Origin: Eledone cirrhosa
Taxonomy: Eukaryota
Length of the DNA stretch: 64,000 nt
NCBI GenBank assembly: GCA_964016885.1
Contig: OZ024740.1
Coordinates: forward strand, 134,416,001 to 134,480,000
Direction of reading: 5' to 3'
Below are positions 40,801-49,731 of this stretch, piece after piece; position 1 is the first letter of the stretch; every line of letters starts with the position of its first letter. The notes under the pieces were generated by a model. That model was not told the DNA's origin, did no database searches, and was given only the letters and a program-made list of their open reading frames with translations. The translations under genes and the position numbers were made by a program.

Positions 40801-41233
40801 TGCCGTCAGCCGGGCATGTCCGAGATGCGCGCAGGGCGACGAAACCGTCCTGCATGCACTCGTCCAGTGTCCGAAAATTGCTGACTTGTGGGTTTATGTC
40901 GAACACCTGCTGTCGCGTTTAGGACGGATCCAGCTATCATCTGAGTCTATCGTGAGGATTGCCCCGCCCTCCTCCTTTAGCCGGGAAGGGCAGGCAGTTT
41001 TTATCTGTCTGGTGGCCATGGCGAAAGAGATAGTATGGTGGACACGTTTGAAAGGGCTGAAGACGAGCACTTACCTCTTCGGTGATGCTCTGATTGACTT
41101 TTTCAAATTTCATTTGAAAAGGAAAATCAGAGTAGAGAAGGAAGTGCTCTCTTCCCAGCATTTTGTTGAAAGATGGGTGAGAGAAGCAAGAATGGCCCGA
41201 GTGAATGGGCCGACTCTGAGTATATATCTGTAA
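37814..41233 (+). CDS. Tx1 ORF2p: AP endonuclease, reverse transcriptase, C-terminal Zn finger (1139 aa)
   Basis: SINARGL, ISETR, GDWN, YLDR, TDH; KSPGLDG, FRPITLLN, QSKAFDRVDH, VRQGCPLS, YADD; CPRC..ETVLHALVQCP. Confidence 0.97.
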   Translation: MTSLRIGSINARGLGSSWKQGHLLNDLRSLNIDVVAISETRISEARAFVPIFGGYDVYASPSRPGSGGGVAVLFRRGLDLAIRAIFLDPEGKLVVLDVTSGDGQAFRLVAVYAPTGAGRPDFFRRLETFLGTSRSLVLVGDWNGILDARWDCVGLADRGGGCKSLTNLLRRFELSDRYRLDFPNVPMWTWTNRIGSSRSYLDRVFCREIDRSSIGCPQFKIVSYTDHKFVICVLDLDRLHRRGPGYWKLNASLPARKAYRDRISELVKRALTGAIVNNKWWFALKRAIRIESIRFSKALAIEKNRAEGELVRKLDEALSKGIATDVLAAKLALDQFFNAKHEGCVVRARVRALRHEGTKAVQWARVAEARRGNKATIRSLVDHDGRMLLDPGQMCEAFQRHFAQLFGGSGGPARGMDFSVYLDGLPRLSATEARCCEKPITAAEVREAMTGCTRGKSPGLDGLPYELYVQMPDLFGGLLADVYCNWQQNGRIPSSVSRGAVALLRKDPNKGDNIDNFRPITLLNTEFKILAKVLAKRLALVVGGLVGEAQTCAIPDRSIHDNLHLMRYIVERVAREPGTGGSLINLDQSKAFDRVDHRYLAAVLRAAGFGPVFRGWIAAMHSDICSVVRVNGHLSEPFNIMRSVRQGCPLSSLLYVLTLEPLLHKLETLRGVPRELGCGRSVSAYADDVTVVVSNAKHIEAIGTTLREYEAVTGAMINQEKSVGLQLGTWRGRSMPSNSVVGRWTDGPVKLLGVWFGPDLQTDKNWDEVTSRVASLTQKWAERKLSLKGRAEVANAYIASVICYRLTVVPCPKPRLTALERLLFRFLWKGRAPMVRRSICCQHPLRGGLGMPWLMMRRHALRLRHLHLFLDGDQVWSPFARRVFPQLVSLTELQSWVKRRPRGSAWRLECLQALTALDQSGNVIGGNSTSAFYRGLVEGKSDDVLGETLGVDENQLANLFGRTFGPGPMDNFQKSLAWQCYRGALPVRDKLYRHGGAVSRACPRCAQGDETVLHALVQCPKIADLWVYVEHLLSRLGRIQLSSESIVRIAPPSSFSREGQAVFICLVAMAKEIVWWTRLKGLKTSTYLFGDALIDFFKFHLKRKIRVEKEVLSSQHFVERWVREARMARVNGPTLSIYL

Positions 41234-41729
41234 ACTAAAGGTGGAAAACTGGGAGAGGGCACTTGCCTTGGTGGTCAGGGTCATTGTGGCTTTTTACTGG
41301 GCTTTCTCCACAAATGTCCCTCCGAAGTCTCCCCCCTATTGGGGAATTTTTCATTGTTATTTTCATTGTTATTTTTGTTACATCCTCTGTTTTTGTTTTT
41401 TTACACGCAGAAATGCCCATTTGTACCGTCCTGCATTGTCCTGCACTGTCCTTAATGTCTACTTTATGTAAACCCTTGTGGTTAATAAAGAAATCATTAT
41501 TATTATTATTATTATTGAATGCCATGGTTGACGGAGGCTCGGCTCTGTAAGGTATAGTAATTTTTAACCGTTAAAACAATTGTAAATTGTTTAAAACTTG
41601 AACCAAATTGTTGATAAAGACACCCTCCTCCTCGTGAGAGGGGTCTTTCTGTCCGTTATTTGGCCCTTCGGGGTTAAATAACCAGTTATTGGGGTTTTGT
41701 ACCCAAAATTTCATTTTAAACAAAAAAAC

Positions 41730-43820
41730 ATGGCTACCAAAAAGAAATTTCATACGTCACTCCCACTCATTCCGTCTTCTTCTTCCTCAATCATCACTAC
41801 AGCAGAGAGAAGATTGTCTCTCTCCCTCCCTTCTTTAAATGTGTCTCTCTCCCTCCCTTCTCTTTCGCAAGCGACGAAAGAAAAGAAAAGTCTCGTGCAA
41901 AGCGTGCAAGGTTTCTCCACGACGACGACGACAGCGACGAAACAGGTGTGCGGGAAATACGAAAACCCAGTTCATTCGTCTGACGTCAGGAATAATAGCA
42001 GTAGCAGCCGTAATAACAACAGCAACAGTGACAATGAAAACAACAGTAGCAGCCGCAACAGCATCACCAGCAGCATAAACAACAACAGCATTAGCAGCAG
42101 CAACACCAACAACAACCACAGCAACAGCGGCGGAGGCAGTAGTCGTAGTACCTGCAGCAACAACAAAAGTACCAGCAGCTCTGACGACAACAACAACAGC
42201 AGAGAAAAACCAATCTCATTTGCAGGTATTGCGAAAAACCTGGAAACAATCCTCATAACAAATGAGGAATTAGAGGAAGCGAAGAAGATGGTGACAAAGA
42301 ACGGACACCGAGCAATCTGCAAGGCAGCGAAAAATTTTTTCGAAACCCAAGAGCACTGTACGGTCACGTACCGTACAGTAAGTACAAAATCCCGTAGGGT
42401 GGAAAGAGCCACAGAGGCCCAAATACAAAAAGCCTTGGGGTCTGTGTGGCAGAGGAAAACGCACATCACCCGAGGCAAAAAATACGCCACCGTAGACGTA
42501 CTTTTTGCCACACCCCAGGAGGCAAAGGCCCAATCAGTAGTGACCCTAAGGAGCGAGGAAATGGTGTTGGTGCCCTCCTACTGCGGGCAAAAAATTGTGA
42601 GGGTCAAACTGACCCACGTCCCCCCCGGAATGACCCCTTCTTGGCTGGCCGCGTCTGTCCTCGTCGGAATCGAGGACAAAACAACTGTACTGCAAGTACA
42701 GAAAAAAGTAAGAGAAGATTGGGTCGGCTCCTCCATTGAGATGCTAATCCAAACCAACCAGGAGTGCATCGAAGCTATCCCGGATGTGATAGACTTCGAT
42801 AACGGCACTCAACTGCCCATAAGTGTTGAGGGCAAACGCCCGAAATGCTTTCGCTGTGGATCGAAGACTCACCTCAGGGCCTTCTGCAACGAGAAGACCC
42901 TGAGAAAGGAGAAAACCCCCCTCCTCCCGAATCCGGTTCCACGGCTACCAGCAACAGGACAAGCGGCAACCAGGAACGATAGGTCCGTGGCACCCATACC
43001 CACTCCACGGAAATCAAAGACAGCAGCAGCAGTGGAAATATTAACAACAACAACAGCAATACCAAATGCAGCTGCAACAGAGACTCCAGTGCAAACATCA
43101 CCAACAACAACAAGTGAAAGAGTGGAGCTGGTACCCCTCCCCGACCTTACAGAATCAGACATGGAGTGTGAGGTGGGAGAGGGATGGCAAAAGGTCTCAA
43201 GAAGGCACAAACGCAGAAGCAGCGCATCGTCGCCTTTGAAAAGGGAGGAAAGAAATGAGAAAAGGGTAAAGTCTACTGCAAAGAGACCCACAGCAGCAAC
43301 ACCACCAACACCATCACCACCCACACCAGCACCACCATCACCACCGGCGACAACCCCACCGCCAACAACACCTTCAACACCACAAGCACCAACATCGCAA
43401 ACACAACAACAAAACACACACACCCAGCAACAACGACAAGAAAATAGCAGAACCACACCCCACCCCCAGAAAAACAAATGCACGGCAATAAACACACACA
43501 ACAAGAAACTAATGACTTACATAATTGAACACACAGACATTTCACAACAGGACTACATAATACCAGCACCAATCAAAACGCCAACTAACATAAGACTGCT
43601 AAAAATAGCACAGAAACAATACACAAACATTAAAACGAAATTCCCCAACGCAGTTGGTGATTTCAGGGACCTAGGAGGAACCATTAATCGAAGAGTATAT
43701 TCAGACATTCTCTTAGAAGAGCCGACGACCAGCCGAAGGGACGATTCAACGGTCCCTTCACCAGACGATCAAGTGAAAAGGGATGTAAAAACCATCCCTC
43801 CTCTACCAAAAATACGGTAA
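41730..43820 (+). CDS. Tx1 ORF1p (family A)
   Basis: Same as 35682-37778, 2 aa shorter. Confidence 0.88.
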   Translation: MATKKKFHTSLPLIPSSSSSIITTAERRLSLSLPSLNVSLSLPSLSQATKEKKSLVQSVQGFSTTTTTATKQVCGKYENPVHSSDVRNNSSSSRNNNSNSDNENNSSSRNSITSSINNNSISSSNTNNNHSNSGGGSSRSTCSNNKSTSSSDDNNNSREKPISFAGIAKNLETILITNEELEEAKKMVTKNGHRAICKAAKNFFETQEHCTVTYRTVSTKSRRVERATEAQIQKALGSVWQRKTHITRGKKYATVDVLFATPQEAKAQSVVTLRSEEMVLVPSYCGQKIVRVKLTHVPPGMTPSWLAASVLVGIEDKTTVLQVQKKVREDWVGSSIEMLIQTNQECIEAIPDVIDFDNGTQLPISVEGKRPKCFRCGSKTHLRAFCNEKTLRKEKTPLLPNPVPRLPATGQAATRNDRSVAPIPTPRKSKTAAAVEILTTTTAIPNAAATETPVQTSPTTTSERVELVPLPDLTESDMECEVGEGWQKVSRRHKRRSSASSPLKREERNEKRVKSTAKRPTAATPPTPSPPTPAPPSPPATTPPPTTPSTPQAPTSQTQQQNTHTQQQRQENSRTTPHPQKNKCTAINTHNKKLMTYIIEHTDISQQDYIIPAPIKTPTNIRLLKIAQKQYTNIKTKFPNAVGDFRDLGGTINRRVYSDILLEEPTTSRRDDSTVPSPDDQVKRDVKTIPPLPKIR

Positions 43821-43855
43821 GTGGTCTTTCCCATCTTTTCCACTCTATTTTAAAC

Positions 43856-46800
43856 ATGACCTCACTCAGAATAGGCAGCATAAATGCGCGTGGCTTGGGG
43901 TCGTCATGGAAGCAGGGTCACCTGCTCAACGACCTCAGGTCACTAAACATAGATGTAGTGGCCATCAGCGAGACCAGAATCTCCGAAGCACGGGCCTTCG
44001 CACCGATCTTCGGCGGCTACGATGTGTACGCATCTCCCAGCCGTCCTGGATCCGGTGGAGGAGTTGCTGTACTTTTTCGGAGAGGTTTGGATCTCGCCAT
44101 ACGGGCCATCTTCCTGGACCCAGAGGGTAAGCTGGTGGTGCTGGACGTGACCAGCGGAGACGGGCAATCTTTCAGGCTAGTGGCCGTCTATGCCCCGACA
44201 GGAGCAGGGCGGCCTGATTTCTTCCGGCGTCTGGAGACCTTTCTTGGAACGTCCCGCTCTTTAGTGTTAGTGGGCGACTGGAACGGGATCTTAGATGCAC
44301 GCTGGGACTGTGTGGGATTAGCGGATAGGGGTGGAGGGTGCAAGAGCCTCACCAACCTGCTCAGGCGTTTTGAACTGTCTGACAGGTACCGATTGGATTT
44401 CCCGAATGTGCCAATGTGGACTTGGACAAACCGCATAGGGTCATCCAGATCATATCTAGATAGAGTATTTTGTAGGGAAATAGATAGGTCTAGCATAGGC
44501 TGTCCACAATTCAAGATAGTCAGCTACACGGACCACAAATTCGTGACCTGTGTGCTTGACTTAGATAGGCTTCATAGACGAGGACCCGGCTACTGGAAGC
44601 TAAACGCGTCCTTACCAGCGCGCAAGGCCTACAGAGACCGGATTAGCGAACTAGTTAAGCGGGCGTTGACGGGGGCCATCGTCAACAACAAGTGGTGGTT
44701 TGCTCTGAAAAGAGCGATTAGAATAGAATCGATTAGGTTTAGTAAGGCTTTAGCAATAGAGAAAAATAGAGCAGAGGGAGAACTAGTTAGAAAATTAGAC
44801 GAGGCGCTTAGCAAAGGCATTGCGACCGACGTGCTTGCGGCGAAATTGGCCCTTGACCAATTCTTCAATGCAAAGCACGAAGGCTGCGTTGTCAGAGCTA
44901 GGGTGCGTGCTCTCAGACACGAGGGGACGAAAGCCGTTCAATGGGCCCGAGTGGCGGAGGCGCGTCGTGGCAACAAAGCCACGATCCGGTCTTTGGTGGA
45001 CCACGACGGGCGCATGCTACTCGATCCCGGGCAAATGTGTGAAGCTTTTCAGCGACACTTCGCTCAGCTGTTCGGGGGCAGCGGGGGGCCGGGCAGAGGG
45101 ATGGACTTTAGTGTCTACCTCGACGGGCTGCCGCGGCTCTCGGCCACTGAGGCGAGGTGTTGCGAAAAGCCGATAACAGCCGCTGAAGTACGGGAGGCAA
45201 TGACTGGCTGCACAAGGGGTAAATCGCCTGGTTTGGATGGTCTGCCCTATGAACTTTACGTACAGATGCCAGACTTGTTCGGAGGCCTCTTGGCGGACGT
45301 CTACTGCAACTGGCAACAGAACGGGAGAATTCCCAGTTCTGTGAGCCGAGGAGCGGTGGCACTGCTGAGAAAGAATCCGAACAAGGGGGATAACATAGAC
45401 AATTTCCGGCCCATAACTCTGCTAAACACAGAGTTTAAGATTTTGGCCAAGGTGCTAGCAAAGAGGTTGGCGCTTGTCGTTGGTGGTCTGGTGGGAGAGG
45501 CGCAGACATGCGCCATTCCCGACAGATCCATCCACGACAACCTCCACCTCATGCGATACATCGTAGAGAGGGTAGCTAGGGAACCTGGCACGGGTGGGTC
45601 CTTGATCAATTTAGATCAGTCGAAAGCTTTCGATAGGGTCGACCATCGTTACCTAGCGGCAGTCCTGAGGGCGGCTGGCTTTGGGCCCGTCTTCAGAGGC
45701 TGGATCGCTGCCATGCACAGCGACATCTGCTCTGTGGTGAGAGTGAACGGTCACCTGTCGGAACCGTTCAACATCATGCGCTCGGTCCGCCAAGGATGTC
45801 CCCTCTCGTCCCTCTTGTACGTATTGACTCTCGAGCCATTACTGCACAAACTGGAGACGTTGAGGGGAGTCCCGCGCGAACTAGGATGCGGAAGATCCGT
45901 GTCAGCATATGCGGACGATGTCACCGTAGTGGTGTCGAACGCCAAACACATCGAGGCGATCGGCACTACACTAAGAGAATACGAAGCGGTGACAGGAGCA
46001 ATGATCAACCAGGAAAAGTCAGTGGGCCTGCAGCTCGGCACCTGGAGAGGCAGGTCCATGCCGTCCAACAGCGTCGTCGGGCGCTGGACGGACGGACCGG
46101 TTAAATTGCTAGGGGTCTGGTTCGGTCCGGACCTCCAGACGGACAAAAACTGGGACGAGGTGACGAGCAGGGTGGCTTCTCTCACCCAGAAATGGGCGGA
46201 GAGGAAGCTATCCCTGAAAGGTCGAGCGGAGGTGGCTAACGCGTACATCGCGTCTGTCATCTGCTACCGCCTAACCGTCGTACCTTGTCCTAAGCCTCGC
46301 CTGACTGCGCTGGAGCGTTTGCTCTTTCGCTTTTTGTGGAAGGGACGTGCTCCGATGGTCAGGCGGTCCATCTGTTGTCAACACCCGCTACGTGGAGGGC
46401 TGGGCATGCCGTGGCTGATGATGCGCAGGCACGCGCTCAGGCTACGACATCTCCACCTCTTCCTCGACGGTGATCAGGTGTGGTCGCCGTTTGCTAGACG
46501 CGTTTTTCCCCAGCTCGTTTCCTTGACGGAGCTGCAGTCCTGGGTCAAGCGAAGACCGAGAGGGAGCGCCTGGAGACTGGAATGTCTTCAGGCGCTCACA
46601 GCCCTCGACCAATCGGGCAATGTGATCGGTGGAAACTCCACCTCGGCGTTCTATAGAGGATTAGTGGAGGGGAAGAGCGACGACGTACTTGGGGAAACTC
46701 TAGGCGTCGACGAAAATCAACTAGCCAATCTCTTCGGAAGAACTTTCGGGCCAGGGCCTATGGACAACTTCCAGAAATCTCTGGCCTGGCAGTGCTACCG

Positions 46801-47275
46801 AGGAGCCTTGCCAGTTCGGGATAAACTCTACAGGCATGGAGGTGCCGTCAGCCGGGCATGTCCGAGATGCGCGCAGGGCGACGAAACCGTCCTGCACGCA
46901 CTCGTCCAGTGTCCGAAAATTGCTGACTTGTGGGTTTATGTCGAACACCTGCTGTCGCGTTTAGGACGGATCCAGCTATCATCTGAGTCTATCGTGAGGA
47001 TTGCCCCGCCCTCCTCCTTTAGCCGGGAAGGGCAGGCAGTTTTTATCTGTCTGGTGGCCATGGCGAAAGAGATAGTATGGTGGACACGTTTGAAAGGGCT
47101 GAAGACGAGCACTTACCTCTTCGGTGATGCTCTGATTGACTTTTTCAAATTTCATTTGAAAAGGAAAATCAGAGTAGAGAAGGAAGTGCTCTCTTCCCAG
47201 CATTTTGTTGAAAGATGGGTGAGAGAAGCAAGAATGGCCCGAGTGAATGGGCCGACTCTGAGTATATATCTGTAA
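43856..47275 (+). CDS. Tx1 ORF2p (APE-RT-ZnF), 1139 aa
   Basis: Same motifs as 37814-41233 with a few aa changes. Confidence 0.97.
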   Translation: MTSLRIGSINARGLGSSWKQGHLLNDLRSLNIDVVAISETRISEARAFAPIFGGYDVYASPSRPGSGGGVAVLFRRGLDLAIRAIFLDPEGKLVVLDVTSGDGQSFRLVAVYAPTGAGRPDFFRRLETFLGTSRSLVLVGDWNGILDARWDCVGLADRGGGCKSLTNLLRRFELSDRYRLDFPNVPMWTWTNRIGSSRSYLDRVFCREIDRSSIGCPQFKIVSYTDHKFVTCVLDLDRLHRRGPGYWKLNASLPARKAYRDRISELVKRALTGAIVNNKWWFALKRAIRIESIRFSKALAIEKNRAEGELVRKLDEALSKGIATDVLAAKLALDQFFNAKHEGCVVRARVRALRHEGTKAVQWARVAEARRGNKATIRSLVDHDGRMLLDPGQMCEAFQRHFAQLFGGSGGPGRGMDFSVYLDGLPRLSATEARCCEKPITAAEVREAMTGCTRGKSPGLDGLPYELYVQMPDLFGGLLADVYCNWQQNGRIPSSVSRGAVALLRKNPNKGDNIDNFRPITLLNTEFKILAKVLAKRLALVVGGLVGEAQTCAIPDRSIHDNLHLMRYIVERVAREPGTGGSLINLDQSKAFDRVDHRYLAAVLRAAGFGPVFRGWIAAMHSDICSVVRVNGHLSEPFNIMRSVRQGCPLSSLLYVLTLEPLLHKLETLRGVPRELGCGRSVSAYADDVTVVVSNAKHIEAIGTTLREYEAVTGAMINQEKSVGLQLGTWRGRSMPSNSVVGRWTDGPVKLLGVWFGPDLQTDKNWDEVTSRVASLTQKWAERKLSLKGRAEVANAYIASVICYRLTVVPCPKPRLTALERLLFRFLWKGRAPMVRRSICCQHPLRGGLGMPWLMMRRHALRLRHLHLFLDGDQVWSPFARRVFPQLVSLTELQSWVKRRPRGSAWRLECLQALTALDQSGNVIGGNSTSAFYRGLVEGKSDDVLGETLGVDENQLANLFGRTFGPGPMDNFQKSLAWQCYRGALPVRDKLYRHGGAVSRACPRCAQGDETVLHALVQCPKIADLWVYVEHLLSRLGRIQLSSESIVRIAPPSSFSREGQAVFICLVAMAKEIVWWTRLKGLKTSTYLFGDALIDFFKFHLKRKIRVEKEVLSSQHFVERWVREARMARVNGPTLSIYL

Positions 47276-47535
47276 ACTAAAGGTGGAAAACTGGGAGAGG
47301 GCACTTGCCTTGGTGGTCAGGGTCATTGTGGCTTTTTACTGGGCTTTCTCCACAAATGTCCCTCCGAAGTCTCCCCCCTATTGGGGAATTTTTCATTGTT
47401 ATTTTCATTGTTATTTTTGTTACATCCTCTGTTTTTGTTTTTTTACACGCAGAAATGCCCATTTGTACCGTCCTGCATTGTCCTGCACTGTCCTTAATGT
47501 CTACTTTATGTAAACCCTTGTGGTTAATAAAGAAA

Positions 47536-47582
<47 letters not shown>

Positions 47583-47791
47583 GACGAAAGTGGATGTACG
47601 TTTTTTGAAGCTCCGTGAGTAAGCAATTTTTGAGGATTAATTGTAGAGAATTGTTTATTTTTTGTACCGCTGAAGCATTATAAGACATTAATTTGTATCC
47701 TGTGAAGGAATAACTCATAATATTTGGGCCTTTTGGCCCAAATATTTGAACTTTATTTTGAAAAAAATAATAATTTTTTTCTCAAAAAAAC

Positions 47792-49702
47792 ATGGCGGAG
47801 CCACGCCCCCTAGAGGCGGGTCTGCTGTCGTGCAACGGCGACTTGAGCGTTGAGAGGAGAGGTGAGGCGAGGAGCGCCACCAGCACGAATGTGAGCAGCG
47901 ACAGTGCCAGCACCAACGGGCCGAGCGGCGCGGAAGGTGGTAACAGCGACAACACCAACACCAACAAGCCGAACAGCGCAGAAGGTGGTAATAGCGAGAG
48001 CACCAACAAAACGAACAGCACAGAGAGTAATAGTAGCGACAGCAGCAGCACCAACAAGGCCAACAGCACAGAAGGTAACCACGACACAGGGGAGAACAAC
48101 AACAGCAATAGCAGCAGCAACACCAACAAGAACAACAACAGTGACAACACCAACAAGAACACTTTCGCTGCTGTGGCAGCGGCTAAAAGGAGACCATGCT
48201 ACAGCATCGACTTAACCAACAGAGAGGAAAAGTTGGCCCAGGCCTGGAAAATCATAAATCAAGAGCAGACCTGGGCAAACTTAACTGTCCCGGCAGAAGC
48301 CATTGAGGCAGTGGAAAAAAGAACGGTGCATTTCAGATGCATCTCAGTAGAGACAAAGAGGGCAGCGATAATCGCCCAAGCTGACATAGAAGCCGCACTG
48401 AAATACATCAGAGAGGACACAGACTTCATAGAGAGGGGCAGGCAATACGGCACCGTTTCGGTGCTGTTCAAGTCTGAAGCCCTCGCTGTGAAGCATTCAA
48501 TGACCCCTTGCAAAACCAGCAAGGTCATAATGTACCCCTCCCACATGGGAAAACGAATAGCACGTGTGCGCATTCCCAGGATTCCACCAGGACTTGATAT
48601 GTGGTGGCTCCTGGGTTGCGTAATCGTGGAAGGAACGGATACAGTCCCGGTAGAGGCAACGAGAACTGCCAGGGACGACTGGTCCGGGGTTGATCTGGAG
48701 ATACTGCTCCAAATCAGACCCGAAAACGTAAAAACAATCCCGGACCACATCCGCCTCCAAAACGGGAGGGTGTTGCATATAATGACTGAGGGCAAAAGGC
48801 CGCATTGTTTCCTTTGTGGGGAAACGACACACTTGCGAGCCTTCTGCCCTCAACTGCCGAAAAGCGCAAGGGGTCGAAAGATTCCACTGCTGGCGACGCC
48901 GGGACAAGGACCACCAGCAACACCGTCAACAATGGAACCACCAAAATTGCACACCCAGGGGGGAAACGAGGAAAGCTCTCCCATTCCCCCTCCCCCCCAA
49001 AATACACACACGAACAAGAACATAAACACTCACTCAGACACAAACACGCTCACAGCCACAGACCCCTCATCCTCCAGCAGTGAAGATGAGGGAAAACCAA
49101 AGTCCCCCAAAATACAAAAAACAAAACACAAAAAAAAAAGAAATCCACAAAGCACAGACACCCCCACAAAAAAAAATACACACACCACCCACACAAACAT
49201 TTTCCCCACAGCATCACCAACACAACCACCAAAATCCCCCAAACGCAAACAAGCTAAACAGACACAAGAACAAATAGACACACAAACATCAGAAACTACA
49301 GACACCCCACCCACAACAAACGCAGACACAATAGAAACAACACTAACAAAGCTATCACCACCACAATCACACGAACAAATAAAACCCGAGCAACAAAACA
49401 TTAAAAACTTCGTGCTCGCCAGAAGGGCCAACAAGGAATTGATGGCCCATGTAGCACGAAGCACAAACATCGAAAAAGACGGGGAAACATTTGAAGCGAG
49501 CACATTTCGCGTACCAGATAATTTGCTTCTGATGCGAATGTCGCTCGCTTCATACAAAGAAATTCGAAAGAGCTTTCCTCGGGATGTGGGAACCCCGAAC
49601 GTAAAACCCACGTCAAGACTATTAAAGGGGTTCCCAAAAGAAACCCCACAAACCATGGAGGTCGAACCACCCGACCTTCACAAGACCCCGGAAGGTAAGT
49701 AA
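47792..49702 (+). CDS. Tx1 ORF1p (family B, 636 aa)
   Basis: CFLCGETTHLRAFC knuckle; core motifs (R.DW.G, EGKRP) shared with family A ORF1. Confidence 0.9.
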   Translation: MAEPRPLEAGLLSCNGDLSVERRGEARSATSTNVSSDSASTNGPSGAEGGNSDNTNTNKPNSAEGGNSESTNKTNSTESNSSDSSSTNKANSTEGNHDTGENNNSNSSSNTNKNNNSDNTNKNTFAAVAAAKRRPCYSIDLTNREEKLAQAWKIINQEQTWANLTVPAEAIEAVEKRTVHFRCISVETKRAAIIAQADIEAALKYIREDTDFIERGRQYGTVSVLFKSEALAVKHSMTPCKTSKVIMYPSHMGKRIARVRIPRIPPGLDMWWLLGCVIVEGTDTVPVEATRTARDDWSGVDLEILLQIRPENVKTIPDHIRLQNGRVLHIMTEGKRPHCFLCGETTHLRAFCPQLPKSARGRKIPLLATPGQGPPATPSTMEPPKLHTQGGNEESSPIPPPPQNTHTNKNINTHSDTNTLTATDPSSSSSEDEGKPKSPKIQKTKHKKKRNPQSTDTPTKKNTHTTHTNIFPTASPTQPPKSPKRKQAKQTQEQIDTQTSETTDTPPTTNADTIETTLTKLSPPQSHEQIKPEQQNIKNFVLARRANKELMAHVARSTNIEKDGETFEASTFRVPDNLLLMRMSLASYKEIRKSFPRDVGTPNVKPTSRLLKGFPKETPQTMEVEPPDLHKTPEGK

Positions 49703-49731
49703 ACCTTTCCTCTCCCATTCATCCTGCCAGC

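Larger units (their letters stand above)
35469..41516 (+). mobile_element. Intact full-length Tx1-clade LINE, family A copy 1
   Basis: 5'UTR, ORF1, ORF2, 3'UTR and (ATT)n tail; 6048 bp unit. Confidence 0.95.
41517..47582 (+). mobile_element. Intact full-length Tx1-clade LINE, family A copy 2
   Basis: Nearly identical direct repeat of 35469-41516 with scattered substitutions, a 6 bp indel and a longer (ATT)n tail. Confidence 0.95.
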
